DNA from: Tubulanus polymorphus
Taxonomy: Eukaryota; Animalia; Nemertea
NCBI RefSeq assembly: GCF_964204645.1
Contig: NC_134025.1
Span: forward strand, 9,920,001 to 9,984,000
Direction of reading: 5' to 3'
Length of the DNA stretch: 64,000 nt
The notes under the pieces were generated by a model, which was not told where the DNA came from, ran no database searches, and saw only the letters and a program-made list of their open reading frames with translations. Each line of letters starts with the position of its first letter. Position 1 is the first letter of the stretch. A program made the translations under genes and the position numbers. Below, in pieces: positions 53,457 through 64,000 of the stretch.

Positions 53457-55410
53457 AATTTCGGTAACAAAATATATACTTATCATTTTAAGAATTGCAC
53501 CGACATACCAATGGTACATTCGGTTGGCAAATTCTACATTTCAATTGATTAATTCAGAATAAATATAATTTTTTGATGATTAGTTTATGACGAAATATTG
53601 GATAATGTCAGTGGGCAAACCAGTGTTATATTGAATTTTACTCAATCTAACGATAATCATAAAAAAAGGTATCAAATCATTTACTTAACGTAATTACACA
53701 TTACTTAATGACTGTTATTGTTACTATTTTTTTATTACTGATTGGATTTCCTATACAACAATTCCCCTTTATTGTACTTAATTGTGATTTAAGTAATTTT
53801 TGTGCCCTGTGCAATGTTACTTGTGGAGTAATAAACTGAACCGAAGAAATATTATTATTATAAAAAAATTGCTATGTATTCATATAGAGGAGCATTGCCG
53901 AAGGCAATCCTGACTGCAATTTTTGATTTTGTATTACATTTAATACTCTGATGCCCTTGAGGAAAATAGAAACCCGCGGCTTCAATGGCGAAAATGAATT
54001 GGAATAAAACGAACGTGTCCCCAATTCAAGTTGTAACTTATCTTTTGCAAGTTTATATTAGGGTCCATCCATAATTTCCGCTAGGCTACTTGAAGGTATG
54101 CGGATTATTTATTTCGTCGGCAGCTATGTGAACTTATTGAATTTCAAGTTGGAAATACGTAAGCAGTTATGCTCTTCAAGATATAACCCCCCCCCCCCTC
54201 TCAATCTCTAAATGTATACTGGGCATACTTGTAACGTGGTCCATCGCTGTCTACGCGATGACTGGTCGATCACCGATCAAGTGAACAACTCTTTTCACGC
54301 GAATGATATCCACATCTGTTCACCTTACATTAAACATGTAAATATGAAGCGGAAGAACGATGAGCGATGATATGTATCAAATAAAACTAGGGATATTTGA
54401 TAATTATTCATAGTGGGCACATCAGGGAGCGGCAGGCGCTATTGTCAAGACTGAACATGAAACCTGTTTTGTTTTCTTCGCCATACGATACACAGGAATA
54501 CGAGATAATATATATCGAAAATACTTTTGTGTGAAATCGTCAAATTGGTGAAACGTTAGCGCGCGATGCTGCACGGTCGGGTCAATCAGAAGACACCTGA
54601 GAAACTCTGAGGACGAAAACGACGTTCTCTGCGCCGTCTCGAAGAAAAACTGGAAGCCGTCGAACAAGATATTGTATCTTGCAGCAGGTTAAAAGTTCAG
54701 TGACTAAACTTGTCAGGGAATGGCGCGCAATATTTCCATCGGAGAGCGATGATATTCATCTTTCATAGATCAGCACCGTGCATCGTTTTCATCAGATCGT
54801 ATAATGTTATCAGGATCGGCTTATAACCAATTGTCTCACCGGGGTCCCACTTACGAGTACTAACACACACCTCGCGTCGATGTGACGTTTCGATTCGGAC
54901 TGACAAACCGGAACACGCGCTGTTTATAGTGCGTCATTGTATAGGGCTCGTATTTGAAGTTTGGGGGTAAATAGTAGCTTAGATCATCCAGTAGCCCAGA
55001 TACTTTCTTTTTAAATATAAAGTACATGTGACACTGGGTGATCTAAGCTACAGTATTCACCCCTCCAAGAGCCCCTGTGCATTTAAATAAAATGTTTATC
55101 TTACGCATTGATTGGAAATGGCTTAGAATTAGACGCGCGCGTGGGCCGCATACTGCCACTTTGAAACTTTTCTATATAAAAGCGCATGTCGTTACGTCGT
55201 CTCAAGGCGAATAAGAACAAATAATCCGAGTCTCGGTACAATGATTCAGAGATGATGAAGAGGTGAAACTCAGGTGAAAACACACCCCAGTAGCGGTAGC
55301 TAGTTATCAGCGATACCAAATCAATTCCCCGTATAACACATGTCTGAAGCAAATTGAACGGATAGCAATCTTAAAAGTACCTTTCATAGGTTTCACCGTG
55401 AAAATTCATT

Positions 55411-55826
55411 GTTGACGCCGTAAAAACCGTAACAGTAATGTTTTTCATTACATCGATATTACTATGCGTTATTTTTGGGGTACCGTGTGAGTCGATGTGC
55501 ACTACGTCATCAATATTGGCGTTTCAAAATATCGATAACAATTGTGAATTTTGGCTTTCATTTTGTAATTAAACATATTTCATGACTCTTATTTTCTTTT
55601 TGATATATTTGTAATAACGTATTTTTAATAATGAAGTTTGAATGGATGTGCCATACGCCATCAACATTGGGGAAAGACTGGTTGCCGATCAATTCAATTC
55701 AATATCGATATATTCAAATTCAAAATAACGTTGTTGATCCTTAGTATTATATCATATTATTCGTTCTCGATAATATCAGGAAATATACATGCGTTATGTT
55801 TATTCGGCGTCAATAAACTTTCAAGT
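55411..55826 (+). repeat. Dispersed repeat, copy 3 of 3
   Basis: Same blocks in the same order and orientation as copies 1 and 2. Confidence 0.85.
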
Positions 55827-58800
55827 TTATTGTTTACCTAAGAAGGTCCGCATCATAGACTGGAAGTTTCTAGAATGACTTCTTACATTGATTTTCTAGC
55901 GGGGGTAACATTATATCACATTTGCCACTTTTCATTTGTATTTATGTACTGGCCTTCATGCCATCGATTCTTTCATCCGACCGAAAATATCTGAACGGTC
56001 GAAAAAAACAATCGACTCCTGTGAAGTCGAAGCAATGTCATCGTATCGATGAGAACAATAGCCCACGCAAAATATGCCGTGCGTACTTTATCAAAGACAA
56101 TGGATTGGCGAGTTGTCTTTTGTCGACGACCTCGCGTGGACCGTTGCATTTCGTCATAGCGGTCAATAGTTTGACTTGACCCCCGAGCCAACGCTTCCAT
56201 CGAAATGCGATATATTTCGGTTTTCGTCGCTGTTTATCAAAATGCAGCGGGTTAGTCTAGTGGTTGGTGATAATCCGTCTAGTTTGTTATCAGATTCAAT
56301 TTCATCAATCACAAGCTTCTGACAAACCGCCTGCCCCATTCCTTGCACAAGCCTATCGACTGAACGTGATAATCGAATATGAAATAAGATGACTATTAAT
56401 TTACCAATTTTCTGTGTTATTTAGGCGTTTTACCCAATATACATAATATGATAACGTGCACCTGACACCTCGGCGCGTTTCCCTTCTCGCGCGCACGCGT
56501 CAAACGCATTTTTCGCGTGATTTTCGCATCGATGATCGCGTTAAAAGCGCAATTGAAAACCGGTGTATTCGGTTACTAGAAATTCGTGGACTAATTACAT
56601 AGTATCTGCCTCCCCGGCTCATTTTCAATCGTGTGAATTGAGGGTCCATCCACCGTGAACATTTCAAAATCTGACAAGCTTAAAAAATTGCGAATGTGAT
56701 GACTTCTGGAGGAGATGAAACGAAATATCAGATAGACGGGTCGCCGAACAACAGTGACACTGGAATAAAGGGCCAGTTACTTAATGTGACAGGTTTTAAA
56801 AGTCAATGTTAAAGCATTGAAATGAATATGTCCATAATTATTTTATGGCTCGCCCTAGATGCATGCCTATGCTTTACACTGGACCCCAGATCCGGATTCT
56901 TTTAGACGCCATTCTACACCCAATATCATTTCTAAGAAACGATGCTGCGTCGGTATCCGTATAGTTATACCTTTTGGCGGTTTGTTTCGTGTTTCAATAG
57001 CTAAACACTAGCCACACGATCATCGTTTCGAAAAATTCTTCCGTTCAAAGATGACGTCATCGCATTCGAAGCGTTGTGTGGAGTTAGATTGGAAACGCTG
57101 CTGACATTGTCATCGGTAGTCGAGATGTTTTTGACACGAATATATGCCCATCGCTTCTTTGTCGAATTGTCGTGTTAACGAGGCAGGGGCCAGAATTTGG
57201 AGGCTTTCTCTGTTATTTTTGTCGTATAACGAGACCGCGTTTTTATCGCCATGCGACGTGAAAACAAAGTCGAACCTCTAAGACTTGTGCGTACGCCTTT
57301 GATTCTGTCACGAACGCCCTACGAACCAGAGGTAACTAAAGATAGATATCTGATTTGATTTAAGCGGTGATTATCAAAGTACAGAATATATACATTTATA
57401 ACTGGTTATATATTAAACATGGAAATCATCAGGACCTCGGAAATCATAGTAATGACTGTCAAGCCGGGGCCATAGAAAAGCCAGAAAATTACCGAAACTG
57501 ATAGCCGTTTAGTCCGAGAAATGGGTATTTATCTACAAATTATGGCCTTCTTATTTCGTTAAATCACTATATGCAACGCTTTAAAATGCTAAATGAAAAA
57601 TAGATGGATGCTTTGTTCCCGCTAATACGACTTATACGAATAATTCACTATGCCAGTTCCCAATGTTGCAGAAATTCAATAATGAAACAACGACGAATAT
57701 AAAAGATCGGTGATTATGACGTTTGTTCGTTCAGAATCGCATTGTTCGATCGTTTTCGACTCCTGTCGAGTACCGGTCCATATATTTCATATTCTCCGGT
57801 GATATATGTCGTAACGGTATAATCGAACTGTCTCAGGCCCCCGCCGAGTGCGCATGCAATCGCAGTAGCGGAGCGGAGCTCGCCGGCATTGTTGCATCAT
57901 TGTTGTTTTCTATAGAATCCGACGCCGACTCGTGCGCCGTTCTGAAAACAATGACGAGCCTCCCATACGTAATACTACTCTCACTGTTGACGCAACGAAC
58001 GTACATACCCGTTTTTCCGAGTCGTTTTAATGTTGCGCGCAACGATGCTGCTGTTGGTATTGCATTCTGCGGCTGCCGGAAGTCGTTAAAGGTGGACAGA
58101 AAATGGCGATTGGACCTGCAATCTATGATTGTCAAGGTAGGGTTTGCCTTGTGTGAAGGCGTTCGTCGCTTTTCGTCAGCTTCACCGCTTTTTTAATTGG
58201 AAGAGTCGCTTTGCGATTAATTTCCTAGGTTTTAATACATCATTAGCTTACCGAATGACGGACACAGGGTTTCTTCGCTTGGCAAGCTTTGGTTGCCTTT
58301 CGCCACGCCAACGCAGAGTGGTCGGAGCCAAACCCAAGTGCCAAGCGAAGATGGACGATTTGACCATGGAGGTATAATCTAGAGTTTCACACTCTTATAT
58401 ACGTCCAAGACCAGACCCATCCATACCGTTCGTTTATGAAGGTTCCATTATTTCTTGCAAATAAATTTCGTGGATGGAAAATATTCTTTTGACAACGAAA
58501 ACAGAATAAAGAAAATAAAGGGGAATAAAAATATCGCACGTTTTAGGCTTAAAAGCAAACTCAATAAAGTTGAATTGTATTCGATTTATACTAAAAACAT
58601 GGGCTTGGTTCACAAAGTAGTTTTAATATTACCTACATTTTTGTCGTAGCATATGTCGTAACATGGACAGTAGATATGATAAACTGTCGAAGCCATGTTG
58701 TTGGCTATTCATAGTTTTCGAAAATTACGTAATTAATGCGCGCGCGCAAGCGCGCGCTATCTGCGGTTTAATTTCAATTACGTCACTATAGACTCGTCGA

Positions 58801-59012
58801 ATGGTCAGCTACGAGGGCAATAGGTCAGTGGTCCATTTATCAATACGCTATTGGTGAGCGTTGACCGCACGTGTAGGATCTCATACTATCTCGGATCTAG
58901 TGTTATATATATTATACATGCGATAGGATACGGATCGCGACATACATCAAATATATGCGGTTATTACTATGGGAATTATTTGCTATTGAATATCAGAATA
59001 AAACAAAGCAGA

Positions 59013-59064
59013 ATGAGTAACGCTACTAAATCTGAAGAACCGGTTGTTGATGATCCCGTCGAAG
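59013..59064 (+). CDS. lin-28: lin-28 proximal first coding exon (MSNATKSEEPVVDDPVE-G)
   Basis: ATG at 59013, 52 nt open frame, donor GAAG|gtactt in phase 1. It joins in frame to the CSD exon at 59209 across a 144-nt intron. Confidence 0.8.
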
Positions 59065-59208
59065 GTACTTCTAAGAAGACTATTATATAGTCTCTTCTTT
59101 TCTTTCTTACATTTGTAGTGTTGACAATGCCGCATTGGTTTTACAGTTTCGGGCCAGTTTTCGAAGCAATTTTAGCTGATTTTAAACGTGTATTTGTTTT
59201 CTTTGCAG

Positions 59209-59330
59209 GGGCACCTGAAGGCCAGGCACCGACAGTACGAAAGAAGGGCAAGTGTAAATGGTTTAACGTCGTGAAAAAGTACGGGTTTATCACCCCTAAC
59301 GACGGGGGCCAGGACGTTTTTGTCCATCAG
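59209..59330 (+). CDS. lin-28: lin-28 exon: N-terminal half of the cold-shock domain
   Basis: Acceptor tttgttttctttgcag|, translation [41 protein letters not shown], donor CAG|gtgcgt in phase 0. GKCKWFN...TPNDGGQ(D/E)VFVHQ matches invertebrate Lin-28, and the intron after VHQ is the conserved position. Confidence 0.95.
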
Positions 59331-62300
59331 GTGCGTATTTCCGATTATTTTGCGTAATTTTCATAATGTTTTATAACATTAATTTGACCAATTGAATTCA
59401 ATAAATGTAGCGCTACAGTTTGTGGCCTTATCTTGATTTAACGGTCGTTCTACACGTTTGTCGAATTCCAAGAAATTATGGACGATAATCGTATGCAATT
59501 TCAATTCAATAAACAACGACTCTAGTTTATATCGCCTGACCGAATAAGTAAACGTGTTCGTACAAGAACCACCAAAAGCTCTGAACTTAGTTATATTTAG
59601 GCGTGTAGGCGTTTATTAATCAATACGGTTTAAATGATTTTCGTGAATAATTAGCTAAGCAAAGCAGGGCGAATCAAAATCGATTGCTCAAGTTCAAATT
59701 ATTTAGTAAAACTGCACTATTCCTAACTCGTTTCTCCTTTACGATTAAAACCTTGTATATCATCCAGATAGCTACAATCTGCTGTCGAAAAGTCTTCAAT
59801 CGGTAACCAATAACATGGAACGTAAACATTACGATTAGACAATATCTCGTACATATAACTCCGATGTATTTTAAAGGTAACGCTTTTGTAGGTCACTAAG
59901 GCCGAATCTCTATTGTGACCATTCTGTATACGGTATTTACTACAAGGTCCTACAATCTTCGTCTTCACCCACTGACCCCTCGATGACCCTCCAAAAGTGG
60001 AGCATTTATTAATTAATGTTACGTAAGAATTTCCTCTGCGGTTCTGCCTTTGTTAGTATGGGCGATATAAATACCTCAGCTGGCTATTATATGTCTATTA
60101 ACACATAATATAATGTACTAAGCCTCTTCTGAATCAAAAGACTTTTATGATATCCAAAATGTGGTTACCACGGCACAGATATAGCTAATGTTTTTGGAAT
60201 AATAATTCGCGCGAATCGATGACGAAAGGTTCGTCGAATAGAAACAAAATAATCCAGGTTTTTATTCGAATATTGCGTTAGAATCTACAGAAATAAGTTC
60301 ACGTGTTTTACTATGGTTTTTCGTGAAATAACAGATCTATTTTCTCGAATAAATCGAGTAATCAAAAAATGAAACATTTCTATACATAAAACATTAGGAC
60401 ATGGAATCTAGTGCTTGAAAAACGATTAATTTTCGCTCTTTTCAAGATTTTTTTATTTTATCGAAATTTAGTACTGACGAATTGCATGAAATAACTGATT
60501 GAAATATTGAAGATTATTTGACAGAAAAATTAAATGCGTGCGCGGATGTCTGCGGCTAGATCGATTGCTGATGAATCGAAAAACTTCTCGAATTGTCTTT
60601 TGCCATGCATATTTGCTATCGAAAATGTGACAAACGAATAGATCTTTTTTTCAATACATCAAAGATGGCTAAGGCAAGTTGATACAGATCCTCGATTTAC
60701 GCCATACTTTTAAAATTGCTGAACAGACGTTTAATTTTGCCACGTCGCAGATGGCCTGTCGCTAGTACATTTAAAAAGGCTATAAATACTACAAGTATTG
60801 TGATTTTAAGCGGCGTCTGTCGACCCTTATTTTTGAATTGATTTTTACCCCGGGTCGAGATGATTTGCATTAAATCTGTCCACGAATTAGGCCCACCGAA
60901 CTGCGTGGTACGACGCCTGTGGGCAGAAATGTTTTGATCCCGAACGATTGGCCGTCAGATTTGTCGAAGCCGATTAATCGGTGGGCTATTCTTCTAATCA
61001 AAAATTCTCACGTGTCTAAAAACTGCCAATATACTACAACACATATATATATATACATGTGCGTGTGATGCGAGTTTTTGTGAGAGGAAATCAAGCTTCG
61101 GAACCGTCAACGCGCGGATTAATTACGCCCGGTGTGTGATTTCAGTGAATTTAGTTGAAAAACAGTGATTTTTCTTGAAATGTTCTATACGGATTAATTA
61201 TGTTCTGATGTGGGGAGGATCAGTCATTTTGAAGAATGAAATTTGACTTGGTACGTAATGCATTTAATGAGGGTAGTGTTCATTACCGCACAATTCGATC
61301 TCAAATGAGCATACGCGTAGGTGTTTTATTTTATAAGGCATATATTTTTAGCAAATACACTTCGAAGTTACATACGAATTCACATGATATGATTATAATA
61401 TATCTATAGGTGTAAATTAGGCGTTACAGATCATCAGAGTAAGAAATCAGAAAAAAAACTAGATGAAGATCTACTACCTGAATGGAAAATTCTGAATTCC
61501 CTGATTTTTCCGATTTCAGGGTAAATGAAAATGATAGTAAAGTATATAGCTGGAATTTTGTTGGCTTTGTTATATTGACAAATAAGAAAGTATAGAAATG
61601 GCGTCCGTTGCCTCCAGACCTCATGAACCATATCGGATACATTCAGCAAATCGTTTATATCTATGGCAAGAAAGTATCTTTGTTATCAAGGCAAAAATGT
61701 TATCAGGGAATTTGAAAATGGAAAATCTGCGTCGTAACCCATTTTGTCCACACTTTACGGGCCCGTCTCATCAATATAATGCTGTTTGTTTACGTTATTA
61801 ATCAGATATTTAAGAATGAATTCTCATTGAGGTGGTAATGGGCGAAATGACGAGTGATTTTAGTTATGTTGATTGACCACGTCGCCTATATATAAAATTT
61901 CTAAATAGCAAGCGAAATTGTTTTTTCGCGAAGATGTTTGCCAAGTCGATTTTCGTGGCGAAAAAGAATGTAAAAGCCTAGCTCGGAAATGAAATATTCA
62001 GCAACTTGTCTAGCACTATACGACTGAGACATTGAATACCGTTAGTAAAAGAAGGTAATTCGCCATTTCGTGTTTTACTGATTATCACTATTGATCATTA
62101 TTTGCGTCGTCGAGTGGTCAACATGAAGAAAAAGATTAAATTTTGCCGTATCATAGGGCATCCCATTTATTTTTGGCACAAGTGGTTCACAGGTCAATAC
62201 GTTGGTAAAAATAAACTCGCTCCGAAGGCCGAACAAAAGGCCGATGCATTCCTATTTTAGGAATCTCTTCCGTAAAATCTGTCCAGTAAATTCTTGAGGT

Positions 62301-63810
62301 CGACGTCCGTGAAAATTGTCGGTTATTTTGAATTATGGTGTTTTAGTCTACAGTATAATGAATCTATAAAAATTCATAAGCTTCGCGATCGTTTCGATAA
62401 TTCAGATAAACTCGTATAGGCTAATGCATTATGATTCGGTATTTAAGATTCGATAACGGATTGAATCTTAAATGTCGTCTCGAAAACGATAAATGTTTAA
62501 TTTTCCTATCGATTATACATTGCTTCTGGATGCAGCCGTCGAAATTATGATGATTAAACACACGGTTCGTCACAGCGCGGAGCTCGAATTTATGCGTCCA
62601 TGGTCGCTGTGAGATTCCCGTTCCCGGACACCGTCATGGTCGGCAGGCATTATTGGTCGGTGCTTATTTTCAAAACCTTCATCGAACATTCGATAAAATC
62701 CAGAAATAATATTTTCAAACCTATGGACATGACGGGCGAACACTACTATACTTTGCGATGATAATTATTCAAGAAAACGAAGATGGATTTACTTCGAGTA
62801 GCTAGGTTATTATCATGGGGTCAGGGTTTTAACAATAAACTCCAAAATCGTAGCTGGTCGTATATGTGCAAATTGTGACGATAAAGAAAGAGCTATGGGC
62901 TAACAACATAATCTCCCTAACAAATCTCAGGCGAAACTAGTTGTATTATTGTGCGGAGTATGTTTTTTGCTCAGGTTGGTTTCCAAAAATGGCAATGCAA
63001 CTTTTTAGAATGGATGAACGCTATAACCCTTTTTAAACGACAGACTCCGTGTGTCCGGCGGTTCTCGCAGCGCTTGTAGTATTTTTGAAAGGGAAGGAAA
63101 ACAAAAGATTTTCGCAGTCTAACTAACCATAGACCGATTTTGGAAAAAATGTCGGCTAATCTGACACTTCTCAAGCATTCGATACCCTAAACGCGGCTTT
63201 TGGCATTATGTTGGGTAATTAGTACTCAAAATCTTGACAATCTGACAGGCTTCGTATTACCTATTAGGTACGGACTATTATCTAAAATACTGAAAAATGC
63301 TCGCTGATCTCAGACTGATGCAGCGTACTTAGACTTCCACCGGAGTCTGACGTTTTGCACACGGAGAGGGAAACTTTCATACTTAGTCATGGCTAGGAAT
63401 TTAGTCGAGATTATTTCCTGGCGAGATTAAAAATCGGTAGCGCCAGGTATTAAAGTCCTCGCATTTTAATGAGCGTCGCTTTAGAAAAACGCGCTGCCGT
63501 CTGCTCCCGATATTGATTTACAGTATCTTTGATTTGTGGAACTTATCCCCGAGTCTTTCTGTATGGAAAATGGTTCGCGCGACGCTCCCCGCAATAGGCT
63601 TTGCTAATGAATTCAAACTGCTGGAGGCTGCGTCTTAAATATTGGCTTCTATTTTGGGAAGATTGTTGTCTGTATTCGCCATTGTATTATTCTCATTATA
63701 TTAAGGATTCTATTTGTCGACGCGCAGTTCCCGATTTAGATGGAGGGAACCTTGTGATTTTTGACCCAATTAATCGAGTTAACAATTTCGACGCCATTTT
63801 CTGTTTTCAG

Positions 63811-63965
63811 TCTGTCATCCAAAGGTCGGGATTCCGAAGTTTGGCCGACGAAGAAGAAGTTGAATTCGAATGCCGCTGTTCCGACAAGGGCATCGAGGCG
63901 ACGCTGGTGTGCGGACCGAATGGTTCGGACTGCCGTGGCCGGCCGCCCAGACAAAGGAAGTTCAA
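63811..63965 (+). CDS. lin-28: lin-28 exon: C-terminal half of the CSD plus linker (not in the ORF track)
   Basis: Acceptor ccattttctgttttcag|, translation SVIQRSGFRSLADEEEVEFECRCSDKGIEATLVCGPNGSDCRGRPPRQRKF(K/N), donor AA|gtacgt in phase 2. GFRSL, EVEF and GPxGxxCxG are Lin-28 signatures. A phase-2 intron before the first CCHC knuckle is typical. Confidence 0.95.
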
Positions 63966-64000
63966 GTACGTAAACAATATACCACGGTGCCCTTCCCTAT

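Noticed and set aside
57723-58196. Longest ORF in the track (157 aa)
   Set aside because: Non-ATG start, no domain motifs and no supporting splice sites. An ORF this size can arise by chance in a GC-richer patch.
59209-59330. Y-box protein or bacterial cold-shock protein as an alternative identity
   Set aside because: CKWFN, the single-exon WFN..VHQ block and the downstream GFRSL...GPxGxxC exon are Lin-28 features, and the gene is spliced.
21090-60590. Several CTGATGA hammerhead-core matches (e.g. 21090, 25615 minus, 46989 minus, 60568)
   Set aside because: None has a stem II followed by GAAA with matching stems I and III.
1-64000. CRISPR arrays, operons or prokaryotic defence systems
   Set aside because: The sequence is eukaryotic with spliceosomal introns, and no regularly spaced repeat-spacer arrays were seen.

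Overview
This is eukaryotic, intron-rich, AT-rich DNA that is not CpG-depleted, consistent with an invertebrate animal genome. Most entries in the ORF track are spurious. The clearest gene is lin-28 on the + strand: exon 1 at 59013-59064 and cold-shock-domain exons at 59209-59330 and 63811-63965, with the CCHC zinc-knuckle exon expected beyond the window end. The 45 kb upstream holds candidate promoters and ATG-initiated first exons (14870, 26307, 47062) and a symmetric cassette exon (27758-27874). All of these end in phase 1, exactly like the proximal exon 1, suggesting a multi-promoter lin-28 locus with interchangeable N-termini. The same region contains a tRNA-Val(CAC) with an atypical discriminator, a Penelope-like RT relic, several MITE families, a three-copy dispersed repeat and a nuclear-receptor half-site cluster. 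It also contains a ~9 kb island of decayed minus-strand coding sequence that includes a kinase-like remnant. All calls come from manual reading and translation; no database searches were run.
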